This document shows, in pieces, positions 48,815 through 59,481 of a stretch of 64,000 bases of DNA (position 1 is its first letter; every line of letters begins with the position of its first letter). The translations under genes were made by a program, and so were the position numbers. The notes beneath the pieces are model-generated. The model saw only the letters and a program-made list of their open reading frames with translations. It was not told the origin of the DNA and made no database searches. Source of the stretch: Bdellovibrionota bacterium (lineage in GTDB: Bacteria; Bdellovibrionota_C; UBA2361; CALJRW01); assembly GCA_041740355.1 (NCBI GenBank), contig JBGSMD010000016.1, positions 32,001-96,000 on the forward strand, read 5' to 3'.

Positions 48815-49625
48815 AGAGTGAGTTTCCTAATTGAATCGGACAATTTTTGGCCCACTTTACATCATTAGAAAAACTCTGCAAGAAGGACTGATCCGCTAAA
48901 AGTACAACACTCGAACCTAAATGAAAGGTTCCTAATCGCTCCCCAATTGCAAAGGAAAAATCAACACTAATTTCTTGAATTTCCCCAGATTTCTTTTGGG
49001 AAAAAACCTGATTAGTAATTAAGTCACTAAAAGCCAAAGATATCTTTCCAACGTTAAGTGCCCCAACCATAATTAAAAGCAACTTTCCCCGCTCTGTTTC
49101 TAACTCCATGATCACCCTTTCGTTACGGGCAAAAAGATTTGGTAAGCGACTAAAAGTAAAGTTATTGACTGGCCAGAGAAAACCTGAAATATAAACTAAG
49201 CGAGTGATTTTACCTGCACAAGGTGCATGGACATGATGATAATCTTTAGGGGACAAGTATAAGTTATGAAGTGCTCCTCCATAGAATTCTTCGGATTTAA
49301 AACTTTTGCCTATTAAAGTAGATATTCGATAGCCCACCCCCTTTACTTGGATTTGTTGATCTCCATTAATAGTTAATTGATCTCTCAAGAAACCATCAAC
49401 TGGTGAAACAAAATCGCTACTCATTTGACGAGAGCCTGGGATTAAGTCTCTAGTAAAAAATTTCCCCAATGAAGGGTAACTTTTTAAACTCTCCGGGACT
49501 GTAGTGAGATCTACATGGCAAATCTGTGAATAAACCCGATATACTATGGGTCTAAACCAGACTGGAAGATCGATGTTTGCCAGAAGGCCGAAACAATAGC
49601 TTAGGTAATTGGTAATAATGGTCAC
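48792..49625 (-). CDS. psd: phosphatidylserine decarboxylase proenzyme
   Basis: FFTRDL, SPVDG, YLSPKDYHHVHAP, NERV, VGALNVG, FHLGSSV self-cleavage motif; start uncertain (GTG 49625 or TTG 49688). Confidence 0.92.
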   Translation of the reverse strand: MTIITNYLSYCFGLLANIDLPVWFRPIVYRVYSQICHVDLTTVPESLKSYPSLGKFFTRDLIPGSRQMSSDFVSPVDGFLRDQLTINGDQQIQVKGVGYRISTLIGKSFKSEEFYGGALHNLYLSPKDYHHVHAPCAGKITRLVYISGFLWPVNNFTFSRLPNLFARNERVIMELETERGKLLLIMVGALNVGKISLAFSDLITNQVFSQKKSGEIQEISVDFSFAIGERLGTFHLGSSVVLLADQSFLQSFSNDVKWAKNCPIQLGNSLYELPKKI

Positions 49626-49754
49626 TTGAACTTTTATTAAATAGTTAATAGATTCAACAGTATACTCGCTATTAAACAATCCTTGCAAGAAGTGCTACAT
49701 ATTGTTGAAGCTAGAGTATAACATTTTAGAGAGTTTTAAATTTTAAAGACTGGA

Positions 49755-50507
49755 ATGATCAGAACTTCTAATCCTGTACTAAACGATCGAATCTTTGCAG
49801 AAACTAGATCTTACTCTCAATCAGAGGTGATGACTCTTAGTGGAACAGTTAATAAAACAGTTATTTGCTTGGCCCTTACATTTGCCAGTGCTTATTATTC
49901 CTACAGTCACCCCGAATTCTCAAAATTCTCTCTTCCCGCCGCCATTTTGGCCTTGGTAATTGGGCTCGTAATCAGCTTTAAGCGAACATGGGCAGGATTT
50001 CTAACTCCAATTTATGCCTTGGTTAAAGGTGTCTTTGTAGGGGCATTTTCACTATATGCCAACAACTACGTGATGCAATATAATCCTGCCTCAAGTGGTG
50101 TAGTTTTTCAGGCGATTATCCTAACCTTTGGAACGCTTTTTGCTTTGTTGATGGTCTATAAAAGTGGTTTCATTAAAGTAACCGAGAATTTTAAATTAGG
50201 CATTGCAGCTGCCACAGGTGGGATTTTTATTTTCTATCTAATTACAATGATCGCATCACTTTTTGGTGCTAATTTAGGTTTTATGTATAGCAGTAGCCCC
50301 TTAAGTATTGGGATTTCAGTTGTAGTTGTAATTATTGCTGCTCTAAATTTAGTCTTAGACTTTGACTTTATTGAAAATGCTGTCGCAACTAGAAATACTC
50401 CAAAGTATATGGAATGGTTTGCAGCTTTTGGATTGTTAGTAACGCTAATTTGGCTTTACTTGGAAATACTTCGTTTATTAATGAAATTGGCAACATCACG
50501 TGAATAA
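49755..50507 (+). CDS. Bax inhibitor-1/YccA family membrane protein
   Basis: TSNPVL, MTLSGTVNKT, LVLDFDFIE, EWFAAFGLLVTLIWLYLEILRLL. Confidence 0.92.
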   Translation: MIRTSNPVLNDRIFAETRSYSQSEVMTLSGTVNKTVICLALTFASAYYSYSHPEFSKFSLPAAILALVIGLVISFKRTWAGFLTPIYALVKGVFVGAFSLYANNYVMQYNPASSGVVFQAIILTFGTLFALLMVYKSGFIKVTENFKLGIAAATGGIFIFYLITMIASLFGANLGFMYSSSPLSIGISVVVVIIAALNLVLDFDFIENAVATRNTPKYMEWFAAFGLLVTLIWLYLEILRLLMKLATSRE

Positions 50508-51600
50508 AATTTTTGTAGCAGTTATTTTCTTTACAAGCATTTTTCTTATTTCTCCAGTTTGGGCAGAGGATCTTGCAGACGATTTCAAACCAAGTCTTAT
50601 TGGCCTCAATCATGATCAAAAAAAATTGTTTGATTACTTGGAAATTGAAAGATTAATAGTTGAAGGTAAATATCGGACACCATCGACGGATGGATGGAAA
50701 AGTTTTGCTAGGCTTTACGAAGAGTACACGGACTTATTTTGCTTTGAAAGTGTTAACTATAAATTTCAGAGTCCATTAAATCCAAATTTAAGTGCTACTT
50801 GTCGTTATTATTTAAGAAATTTGAAGAAGTATAATCCTACAAATCCGCATCTTCCTTGTTCAGAAAATGGCCTTGGATCTGAACAGTGTAAAAATGCATA
50901 CCTAGTACAATACATCACCAGAGAAGGTGGTTTTACTACTGGCTCGAATTCAATGAGTGATTTTGAAGCTAAGATTTCAGCGTTATCTCAGGAAAGTATG
51001 AAAACTCGTCCGAATGAGCTTGATGTTGAACTTAAGGCTCTGGCAGTTGATTTTAAAAAGGAAGAGAATGCTGAAAAATGGATTAAGTTTAAAGCACTTA
51101 TTTCGGAAAAAATTGACTATGAATGTCAAGCTGTTGGAGTTTCTTTTGTAGACTTTGAGCCACCAGATTTTATGATGGGAGCAAATTTAATTGAACATCA
51201 ACGCTATACAAGTGATCAGTTATATAAGGAAGCATATGACCTATTACACGATCCTGATCGCCTAGGAAACTTTTTTATCCAAGGGGGCTTTAATAAAGTA
51301 GATCCAACTGCTAATGAAAAGTTGCAGCAACCACACCCGTTTGAGATTCTACAAAAGGAACAGCAGGTTGAATTTATTCCTAAAGCTTATTGGAGAGTGA
51401 GAAGAATTTCTACAACATGTTACGAGAGTATCTTAGAGGGACTTCGCTTTAACGTTGCCTTGCCTGCTGCCATATGTAACTTGCATGGTATTTATTCTCC
51501 ATTCTGTTTAAACGCCGATAAGGAATTAGAAAAAAATCTTCCTTTATACATTCGTACTCCTGAAGTAATTAAACAAAAATATGAGATGGGAACTTTTTGA
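50500..51600 (+). CDS. exported hypothetical Cys-rich protein
   Basis: Signal peptide ending VWA; 8 Cys; overlaps the upstream stop codon. Confidence 0.75.
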   Translation: MNKIFVAVIFFTSIFLISPVWAEDLADDFKPSLIGLNHDQKKLFDYLEIERLIVEGKYRTPSTDGWKSFARLYEEYTDLFCFESVNYKFQSPLNPNLSATCRYYLRNLKKYNPTNPHLPCSENGLGSEQCKNAYLVQYITREGGFTTGSNSMSDFEAKISALSQESMKTRPNELDVELKALAVDFKKEENAEKWIKFKALISEKIDYECQAVGVSFVDFEPPDFMMGANLIEHQRYTSDQLYKEAYDLLHDPDRLGNFFIQGGFNKVDPTANEKLQQPHPFEILQKEQQVEFIPKAYWRVRRISTTCYESILEGLRFNVALPAAICNLHGIYSPFCLNADKELEKNLPLYIRTPEVIKQKYEMGTF

Positions 51601-51858
51601 TATTTTTAAAATTAATATGTTTGCTACCAATTGGTAAAACATTAACTAATTTTTTGTACATCTATTTCATCTAGTAGTCATTTTATCAAGTTTACAATTA
51701 ACGGACCGACCTAATTTCTTTGTGCTGTTGCTAGAAGTTCTTTGCATATTGATTCGCCTTAATAGCTTTGAATTTGTTAGGGCATTTACTAAGATGCATA
51801 TTTAATCTAGCCTTAGATCAATAAAATGCTCAATTTTCAGAAAAATGGATTTATCCTC

Positions 51859-51887
51859 TTGAAATTCTTAGTTTTTTTTGTTTTAAT
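51859..51887 (+). promoter_or_regulatory. sigma70-type promoter of ihfA
   Basis: TTGAAA-N17-TTTAAT with extended -10 TG, 32 bp upstream of the ATG. Confidence 0.5.
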
Positions 51888-51919
51888 GAGTATCAATTGA
51901 TTTATAATTCTTTTACATT

Positions 51920-52279
51920 ATGTCTAAAAAAAATTGTCTAACCAAAGCGGATCTAGCAGATAGTATTTTCTCAATGATGCCGATTGATAAGAGCCAAGCT
52001 AATCAAATCGTGGAAGATTTTATCGAGTTAATCAAGGTCGGCCTTGAGCAAGATGAAAAAGTAATGATATCTGGATATGGGTCGTTCGAAGTGAATTCTA
52101 AATCTGCCCGCCGTGGACGTAATCCACAGACTGGGGAGTCAATCATCTTGAGATCTAGAAAAGTTGTGAAGTTTAAGCCTAGTCAAATCTTAAGAAAATC
52201 AGTTAACAACGATGGTTCGCCAATCGACGAACAAGAAGATAGCTTTGCACCAAAAAGTAGATTGCCATTTAGAAGTTAA
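51920..52279 (+). CDS. ihfA: integration host factor subunit alpha
   Basis: LTKADL, ISGYGSF, RRGRNPQTGE, RKVVKFKPSQILR. Confidence 0.88.
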   Translation: MSKKNCLTKADLADSIFSMMPIDKSQANQIVEDFIELIKVGLEQDEKVMISGYGSFEVNSKSARRGRNPQTGESIILRSRKVVKFKPSQILRKSVNNDGSPIDEQEDSFAPKSRLPFRS

Positions 52280-52615
52280 ATATAGAAAATCTAAGAAGTA
52301 ATTTGCTTAACCAAAATTTTTCTTGACTCTCAATAGTATCTCTCTCTAAGAATTTAATAAATTTATTTTGATGGCATTTAGGCCTTTTGAATATTTATAA
52401 TTCTTGGACTTTGAATTATTAATGTATCCTGTTCTTTACCTGAAGTAAGTCTTATTCCTTTCAATTATGCTTGTGTTAGATTTTTAACCTATGTTTCTGT
52501 GTAAGTATTAGAGAGTATCCAAAAATAAATTTTATTTTGGATACTAACTGTTGAACACTAGATCTAAAATTAACCTGCGGTGTATACAAGTATTGATGTA
52601 GCTTGGAAGCTTTGC

Positions 52616-52843
52616 TTAGAATAATAGTGGCGGGTTTTCTACTTGTATACCCTCTTTCTTTAAATCCATCCAAATTTCACGAGCCAGTTCCTTATTGTTC
52701 TGATCAAGAATCTCGTAAATATTTTCTAAATTTAGAGCAAATTTAATTGCGGATAAAGCATAGACAGATGATGCGGTCTTGTTTTTAAGGCTTTCTCTAA
52801 TTTCTTTTAAATATGACTCTAAGTCTTTTTTTGTGTTAATCAT
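52616..52843 (-). CDS. small hypothetical protein
   Basis: 75 aa with GGAG RBS; downstream of the OmpA-like gene. Confidence 0.65.
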   Translation of the reverse strand: MINTKKDLESYLKEIRESLKNKTASSVYALSAIKFALNLENIYEILDQNNKELAREIWMDLKKEGIQVENPPLLF

Positions 52844-52907
52844 AAACTTTCTCCAAAAATCTAGGTGTAAACCTTAATATCATTATATAATTAAATCTTC
52901 ACTGAAC

Positions 52908-53609
52908 TTAGCGATCAATAAGCACTAATTCAATTGCCTGGCTATAGCGCCTAGGATCTTCTCCTGGAATAATAACTAAGGGTGAATCGCTGACGACCCC
53001 TCGGGTTTCTATCCTTCTAGGTTCGATGCCAAAACGAACCAAATAATTTCCTATTTCTCGTGATCTTCTAAGAGTTAAATGCTCAGAATAGTCGGTTCGA
53101 TCATCAATCGACTTAACAAAACTTGCCACAATGATTCTGGACCACGGAAACCGCTTTTTATTAAGTCTGGCAAGTTCTCGAATCAAAGCCACGGCCTCAG
53201 GTTTGACCGAAACTTCATCACCAGAAAAAAAGTAATCTGCCGGATAAATATCACGTGCGGGATGATACTCAATTCTTCTGGCATAATGTTCAGTTAATAC
53301 TTCTTGAGCATAGGCTATTTCCTTCTCAGTTTTAGCCATTATTCGTAGCTCTTCTAAGTCTTCCTCGGCCCAATCTTGCACCATCCCTCGAATTCCACCA
53401 GCTATGGCGCCAAATCCAGCTCCAACTGCAGCGCCAGGCCCCATTCCGGCATCTAAATGCAAACCGGTGACTGCACCTGTCCCAGCACCAGAAACAGCCC
53501 CACTAACGATTCCAAGTCCTTGTTTATCTGGACCTGGTTTATAACCAGTGCAAGAGCATAATATGATTAATGCAGCTAGTACAGGAAATTTAAAATTCTG
53601 CTTGTTCAT
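52908..53609 (-). CDS. lipoprotein with glycine zipper and degenerate OmpA-like C-terminal domain
   Basis: Lipobox LCSC; GAVSGAGTGA/GAAVGAGFGAIAG; LTLRRSREIGNYLVRFGIEPRRIETRG. Confidence 0.8.
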   Translation of the reverse strand: MNKQNFKFPVLAALIILCSCTGYKPGPDKQGLGIVSGAVSGAGTGAVTGLHLDAGMGPGAAVGAGFGAIAGGIRGMVQDWAEEDLEELRIMAKTEKEIAYAQEVLTEHYARRIEYHPARDIYPADYFFSGDEVSVKPEAVALIRELARLNKKRFPWSRIIVASFVKSIDDRTDYSEHLTLRRSREIGNYLVRFGIEPRRIETRGVVSDSPLVIIPGEDPRRYSQAIELVLIDR

Positions 53610-55089
53610 TAAAGGTTATCTTTTTTAAGGGATATTGATAAAGCGAAGACTCTGGATCTGCTACAGCAGATTCTAAAAGATTATACGTCGAACTAGGCCC
53701 CACAACAACTACAATAAAATCATCCACTTTCCAGAGATCTTTAGCAACATCTTGGACCTGAGCAATGGAAACTGAATCGATATTTTTTAGAAAATCTTGC
53801 TGATAATTCGGAGGGAAATTAAGCATCTTAAGTATGGCAAAACGGTTAACTATTTTTTGATTATTATCATAATCAAATACAAAAGAGTTTTGAATATTTC
53901 TTTTAACATTGGCAACTTCTTGCTTGTTAGCACCGAGTGTTTGCAACTCTACTAAAGTACGAATTCCTTCATCAATTGCCTTGACTGTTTGTGCTGCCTT
54001 GGTTTGTAAATAAATTAAATTTTTACCTGGGATGACATCCTCGATTGAGCCACCATAAGTACTATAAGCCCAACCATTCTTTTCGCGAATATTTTTTGTA
54101 AGACGAGAAGAGAATCCTTTGGCGCCAAAAATATCATTAAAGACTTGAATGGCATACTGTTTACTAGAGAAACGTTTCACACCGAGCTGACCAATATTTA
54201 CAGTGCTTTGTTCATAGTCACCCTCGTAAAAATATACTCCTTTGGAATTCTCCGGCTGCGGGTCTAATAATTTTTCTTGAAAATTTTTACTAATTGGCCA
54301 CTTGGCAAAGTAATTTAATGCAATTTCACGGGCTTCGATATCAGTTAAATCGCCGGTTAAAACGAGCTTAGAATTATTTGGAATTACATAGCTACGATGT
54401 ACTCTTAATAGATCCGCCCTTGTTAAAGCTTCAACTTGTTTAATCGTGCTAAGTTTTTCAAAGGCTGTACCACGGTTAAGCAATTGATTGAATGTTAGTG
54501 CGGCAATATCATTTGGAGAGTCTTTACGTGATCTGATACTTGCAATTTTCTGTTTTTTCCAATTTTCTAATCTTAACAAATCAATCTTTGGATTTAAAAT
54601 AATATCCTGAAAAAGTGGCAAAACTTCCGAGAGTGACTCAACTAAACATGAAAAAGCAATGCTCGCATTCTCGGCACCAAAACTAACATTAATCGACGCA
54701 GCCAGTTCTTCAAGTTTTAGATCTACTTCCTCTGGAGTGTTATCACCTGCTCCACCTGATCTCATTAAACTTCCTAATGCTTCTAATGCTAAAGCTTCTC
54801 CTTGTTGCTTAGCAAGATAAATACCATTAGGAATTAAAAGTGTTCCATTAATAATTGGCAATTCAGGATCGGCTAAAAAATGAATTTCGATACCATTCTC
54901 AATAATCCAAGATGTAATTTGGGGCTCGACTACTTTTAAAGGATCAACTGTAAGTGCTTTTTTAATCCAAGCTGGATTTTTATTACTTAATTCCGTGAAA
55001 GATTTTTGTTGAGTAGGTTTTTTGCTCGGTGTTGTAAAAAATGAACATGCCGTTAGCAAGCAAATCAAAAATAATGATATGTACTTCAT
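53590..55089 (-). CDS. M16 family peptidase, non-catalytic subunit (lipoprotein)
   Basis: ENGI..DPELP, FSSRLTKNIREKNGWAYS; no HxxEH; lipobox LTAC. Confidence 0.88.
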   Translation of the reverse strand: MKYISLFLICLLTACSFFTTPSKKPTQQKSFTELSNKNPAWIKKALTVDPLKVVEPQITSWIIENGIEIHFLADPELPIINGTLLIPNGIYLAKQQGEALALEALGSLMRSGGAGDNTPEEVDLKLEELAASINVSFGAENASIAFSCLVESLSEVLPLFQDIILNPKIDLLRLENWKKQKIASIRSRKDSPNDIAALTFNQLLNRGTAFEKLSTIKQVEALTRADLLRVHRSYVIPNNSKLVLTGDLTDIEAREIALNYFAKWPISKNFQEKLLDPQPENSKGVYFYEGDYEQSTVNIGQLGVKRFSSKQYAIQVFNDIFGAKGFSSRLTKNIREKNGWAYSTYGGSIEDVIPGKNLIYLQTKAAQTVKAIDEGIRTLVELQTLGANKQEVANVKRNIQNSFVFDYDNNQKIVNRFAILKMLNFPPNYQQDFLKNIDSVSIAQVQDVAKDLWKVDDFIVVVVGPSSTYNLLESAVADPESSLYQYPLKKITFNEQAEF

Positions 55090-56564
55090 GAACGATTCTC
55101 CAGTTTGCCAACAATTAAATTCTTAGGAACTAGATATTTTCGTGCGACTTGATTAATAGTTTCAACATTTAATTGATCAATCTTTGCTAACCAAGTGAAG
55201 TAGTGTTTCCAGTCATTATAGACATGCTGGGAATGACTTAGTCCTAGAGCAAGTGTCATATTAGATCGGAGTCCAAAAATTAAGTCTGCTTTCAGTTTCT
55301 TCCTGACTAAGCTGATATCTTTTTCCGAGACACCAGTTACTAGTTTTTCAGCTATTAAGTTAAGTAATTCACTCTCTAATTCTTCGTTGGTTGTTGGAGC
55401 AATTGGTTGGGCGAAAAGCATATATAAATTTGGGAATGCTGATCCTGGGCCTTCAAAATAACTAAGGGAGCTAGCCAGAGAGCGATCAATTACTAAATCC
55501 TTATAAATCGGCGCAACACTACTTCCTAACATTGCTTCCAACCAAAGGTTTAACGCTAAATCATCTGGATGGGGATAATTTGGTTTGTGATAAGCAAAGA
55601 GTAATCTTGGTTCGGCATTAAATTGAACGGTATATTCTTTTTTCCCATTTAACATTGGCTCTACAAGCTTAGTCCTTTCAGGTACAGATTTACTTGGTAA
55701 GGAACTAAAATATTTTTCCAACATTTCAACTGTAGCATCTACTTCTAAGTCTCCAACTAAAGTAATCATGATGTTGTCCGCATGATAATACTTTCGGTAA
55801 AATTCATCTATGTCAGACGCTGTCAAACGATTTAAATCTTCTTCATAACCAATTGTTGGGCGACGATAGGGATGAAGTTCATAAGCATTTGCCAGCATCT
55901 TGATATATAAAGTACCACTTGGATCGTCTACATATCGTAATCTTCTTTCTTCTAGGACAACATCTCGTTCAGAATAGAATTGTCTCCAAACTGGCTCTGA
56001 TAAACGATCTGATTCAATCCTACACCAACTTTCTAAAGCATTACTAGGCATGCTAATAAAATAATTTGTGCTGTCAGCACTGGTTGTAGCATTCATCCCT
56101 ACCCCACCAAGCTTGGAATAAATTTGATCAAGGCTGTTTTCTGGATCCCATGTTTCTTTTAAAGATAAATTGACCTGCTTAATTTCTTCCGCCAATTGTT
56201 CTTGATTTGCGGCTGGATCTTCTTGCTTAGCAACAAGATCTTCCAATTTACGCAGCAGTGTTGCTTCTTTTGGGAAATCTTTAGTTCCTAAGGTCTTGGA
56301 ACCTTTAAAGGCCATATGTTCTAGCATATGAGATATGCCAGTTTTTCCTGGAAGTTCATCCACACCACCAACCTTGACGCTAATTACAGCGGAAAATACA
56401 GGTGCTTCCTTTCGAGGATAAATAATAACCTGCAAACCATTACTTAACTTTGTAGTATGGACATCCGTCATTAATTTATCAACAATACCTTGATAATCTG
56501 TCTGTGACCAAGATGCCAAAGGTGTCACAAATAAGAGAAAAATGGATAAGAGGAATCTAAACAT
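55086..56564 (-). CDS. M16 family zinc peptidase, catalytic subunit
   Basis: LSNGL, TGISHMLEHMAFKGS (HxxEH), NATTSADSTNY, ERDVVLEERR, HPY; start taken at ATG 56564. Confidence 0.93.
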   Translation of the reverse strand: MFRFLLSIFLLFVTPLASWSQTDYQGIVDKLMTDVHTTKLSNGLQVIIYPRKEAPVFSAVISVKVGGVDELPGKTGISHMLEHMAFKGSKTLGTKDFPKEATLLRKLEDLVAKQEDPAANQEQLAEEIKQVNLSLKETWDPENSLDQIYSKLGGVGMNATTSADSTNYFISMPSNALESWCRIESDRLSEPVWRQFYSERDVVLEERRLRYVDDPSGTLYIKMLANAYELHPYRRPTIGYEEDLNRLTASDIDEFYRKYYHADNIMITLVGDLEVDATVEMLEKYFSSLPSKSVPERTKLVEPMLNGKKEYTVQFNAEPRLLFAYHKPNYPHPDDLALNLWLEAMLGSSVAPIYKDLVIDRSLASSLSYFEGPGSAFPNLYMLFAQPIAPTTNEELESELLNLIAEKLVTGVSEKDISLVRKKLKADLIFGLRSNMTLALGLSHSQHVYNDWKHYFTWLAKIDQLNVETINQVARKYLVPKNLIVGKLENRS

Positions 56565-56683
56565 AGCTACGTTTTTAGCTAATTGTGAGAGATAGTTCAA
56601 GTATATATCAACCACAAAGTGCCTGAGACGTACTCAGGGGTTTCTTAGGTATTTAGACTTTATCTGTATAGTATTCAGAGTGA

Positions 56684-57832
56684 CTAGGAAGTTAACTTAT
56701 TAAGAAAAAGTGTCACCATTGCACCACCTTCTGAACTATTATTAAATTTAATACGTCCTTTATTAATCCTAGTTAGAAATTTACAAATAACCAAGCCAAG
56801 GCCTCCACCTTGTTGCTCATTAATTTCTCGCTGATGCTGATAAAAAACTTGGGTAAGATTTTTAAAACAATTCTTATCAAATCCATTCCCATTATCAATA
56901 ATCGATAGATTTAGAGTGCGTAAATCATTAGCGATTGAAATTGTAATAGTTCTAGGTTCTTTCGTAAATTTAATAGCATTATCAATCAAGCGATCCATAA
57001 TCAGAGTTAGGTGCGGTGGATAAACAATTAATTGATAATTAGCCTCTGGGTCAAAATCAAAGTTAACAGTACAAAGTTGGTCAGTTAAGAATTTTTTATT
57101 TTTATTAAGATATTCTGTAATAAAAGTAGCTAAATTCAATTCAGAACAATGGGCTGAATAGTTTTTTTGTGCCTGTCCAGCTTGAATTTGCTGAAGCAGA
57201 ATAAAATTATTAATAATTTTTTCCAGCCTCTGGCCACCTCTCCAGATTGTGGCAACAAGTGAATTCAATTTATCTTTTGCCAAGTTTTCTTGTTGCATTA
57301 GTAATAGTTCGGAACCTGTAGTTACAGCTACTAATGGTGTTCTAAATTCGTGTGAAATATGCCGAATAACTTGAGAAGAAAATTCATCTTGTTTCTTTTG
57401 ATAAAACTCTTGAATATTTTTAGCCCGGGCAATCTTACCCTTGATGGTAGCTAATAATTCGTTGGGATCAAAGGGCTTTACAAAATAAGCATCTGCTCCC
57501 GCAGATTTACCTTTTATGATATTATCAGAATCTCCTAAAGCAGTTAAAAATATAAAGGGAGTATTAGCATGCCGATTCTGTTCGCGCAGCTTCTGTTGTA
57601 AGGTAAATCCATCCATTACTGGCATCATTACATCGCAAAGAATCAAATCAGCGTCCAATTTCTCCAAAGAATTTAGAGCTTCTTGTCCATTTTCTTGAAC
57701 AAATACCTCATAATTTTCATCGGTTAATAATGTGCGTAGGACATCCATCACAAGGGGATTATCTTCCACAACCATAATTTTAGGTTTGCTAGGATGTAAT
57801 TCAAAACTTTCTGAATGCATATCAAACTTCAT
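56684..57832 (-). CDS. hybrid response regulator / histidine kinase (cytoplasmic)
   Basis: VVEDN, LCDVMMPVMDG, FLTA, KPF receiver; SHEFRTPL, DNAIKF, IDNGNG, GGGLGL. Confidence 0.92.
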   Translation of the reverse strand: MKFDMHSESFELHPSKPKIMVVEDNPLVMDVLRTLLTDENYEVFVQENGQEALNSLEKLDADLILCDVMMPVMDGFTLQQKLREQNRHANTPFIFLTALGDSDNIIKGKSAGADAYFVKPFDPNELLATIKGKIARAKNIQEFYQKKQDEFSSQVIRHISHEFRTPLVAVTTGSELLLMQQENLAKDKLNSLVATIWRGGQRLEKIINNFILLQQIQAGQAQKNYSAHCSELNLATFITEYLNKNKKFLTDQLCTVNFDFDPEANYQLIVYPPHLTLIMDRLIDNAIKFTKEPRTITISIANDLRTLNLSIIDNGNGFDKNCFKNLTQVFYQHQREINEQQGGGLGLVICKFLTRINKGRIKFNNSSEGGAMVTLFLNKLTS

Positions 57833-58031
57833 CGATTAAAACTCTAAACCTTAAACTTTCTATCCCTATAGTAGTAATTCTTAGGATAAGGTAGTTATCG
57901 TCTACAATTATGCATTCCTTTAGGCTAATTTTGGTAATTTGAAAAAAGATGCCCAATCAGTTACTTTATTGTTAAAATCTACCCATTAAACTCCTAGGGT
58001 GTAGAAATTTGTTTATAATTTCAATTAAACT

Positions 58032-58940
58032 ATGGAAAATAATCTAACAATTGCTGTGTTTCCTGGCCAAGGTGCTCAAAAAGTAGGAATGGCTAAAGAT
58101 CTTTACGAAGCCTCGCTAATAGCCAAAGAACTGTATCAAATTGCCGATCAGGCTCTAGGATTTCCAATTTCTAAGATTTGCTTTGAGGGACCAGAAGATC
58201 AATTGGTACTAACCGCTAATGTTCAACCAGCTATCCTCACACATAGCTGTATTGCCTATCGAATGGCTCAAGAAAAATTAGGTCAGAATTGGCAGCCAAC
58301 TGTCGCTGCTGGTCATAGTCTAGGAGAGTATTCTGCGTTAGTTGCCGCTGAAGCAATTAGCTTTGCTGATGCTGTAGTTCTGGTTCATAAGCGTGGTAAA
58401 TATATGCAATCAGCGGTACCTGTCGGGGTTGGTGCAATGCTGGCCGTCTTAGGTCAAGAGGTAACTACCTTAGAGACCGCCTTAAAGGACTTTAGCGATC
58501 TAGAAATTGCTAATATAAATGCACCCGGGCAAATAGTGATTTCTGGTTCGGCTAAAAGCGCTAAAGAGTTTCAATTAAGAAACGCCGGATTCAAAATGAT
58601 TCCACTTCCTGTCAGTGCACCATTTCATTGTAAATTAATGCAATCAGCGCAAGATCTCCTTAGTAAAGATCTAGATTCAATTTTAATTAAAACTCCTAAG
58701 TTTCCAGTGATATCAAACTTCCTTGCTCGACCACTGACACAACCGGAAGAAATACGTCAAGCTTTAAAAGAACAAGTTACGGGAAAGGTTCGTTGGGTAG
58801 AATCAATGGAATTAGCAATTAAAGATTTTGAAGTCAAAAGAATAATCGAATTTGGACCAGGAAATGTTCTAACTGGATTAATGAAAAGAATTAATAAAGA
58901 TCTCGAAAAAGTAAATTATCAGGCAGTCAGTGACTTCTAA
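58032..58940 (+). CDS. fabD: malonyl-CoA-ACP transacylase
   Basis: FPGQGAQ, QPAI, GHSLGEY, NAPGQ, VSAPFH, EFGPG motifs. Confidence 0.97.
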   Translation: MENNLTIAVFPGQGAQKVGMAKDLYEASLIAKELYQIADQALGFPISKICFEGPEDQLVLTANVQPAILTHSCIAYRMAQEKLGQNWQPTVAAGHSLGEYSALVAAEAISFADAVVLVHKRGKYMQSAVPVGVGAMLAVLGQEVTTLETALKDFSDLEIANINAPGQIVISGSAKSAKEFQLRNAGFKMIPLPVSAPFHCKLMQSAQDLLSKDLDSILIKTPKFPVISNFLARPLTQPEEIRQALKEQVTGKVRWVESMELAIKDFEVKRIIEFGPGNVLTGLMKRINKDLEKVNYQAVSDF

Positions 58941-59439
58941 TCAGCTCTGTTATTTAGCTCTAGGAACTAACTTAGGTAATCGCGAAGATTTTATTAAGAA
59001 AGCTCTTTTGAAACTAGGAAAAGAGGTGCAGATCCGGCGAGTTTCATCAATCTATGAAACTGCCCCATGGGGATTAACCAATCAGGATCCTTTTCTAAAC
59101 CTTTGCGTTGAAATTGAAACGACTTTAAGTCCTTTATCGCTCTTAAATCTCTGTAAAGCAATTGAACAACAATTAGGACGTAAGAAAAAAATCCATTGGG
59201 GTCCAAGAGAAATTGATATTGATATTATTTTTTATGGTGTGAAAATTATTAACCAAGATACTTTGATAATCCCACATTTAGAATTATCTCACCGGCAGTT
59301 TGTATTAAAACCCTTAGCTGACCTAATTCCAGAATTTATCCATCCCCAATTAAATATTTCTATTCAGGAACTTTCCTCTAAATTAACTATGATCGGAGTT
59401 GATTTTTACAAAGATTCGACATTTTACTACAGTAGATAA
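58930..59439 (+). CDS. folK: 2-amino-4-hydroxy-6-hydroxymethyldihydropteridine diphosphokinase
   Basis: YLALGTNLG, SSIYET, FLN, WGPREIDIDI, IPH, RQFVLKPL. Confidence 0.96.
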   Translation: MTSNQLCYLALGTNLGNREDFIKKALLKLGKEVQIRRVSSIYETAPWGLTNQDPFLNLCVEIETTLSPLSLLNLCKAIEQQLGRKKKIHWGPREIDIDIIFYGVKIINQDTLIIPHLELSHRQFVLKPLADLIPEFIHPQLNISIQELSSKLTMIGVDFYKDSTFYYSR

Positions 59440-59481
59440 GAAACTTACCTGTTTGCCAAGAACCTCTTTGGAATCCAAAAA

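Noticed and set aside
52281-52340. Possible tenth, highly decayed copy of the TATAGT repeat after ihfA
   Set aside because: Only the left arm (tatagaaaatctaagaagtaattt) resembles the consensus; too degenerate to call.
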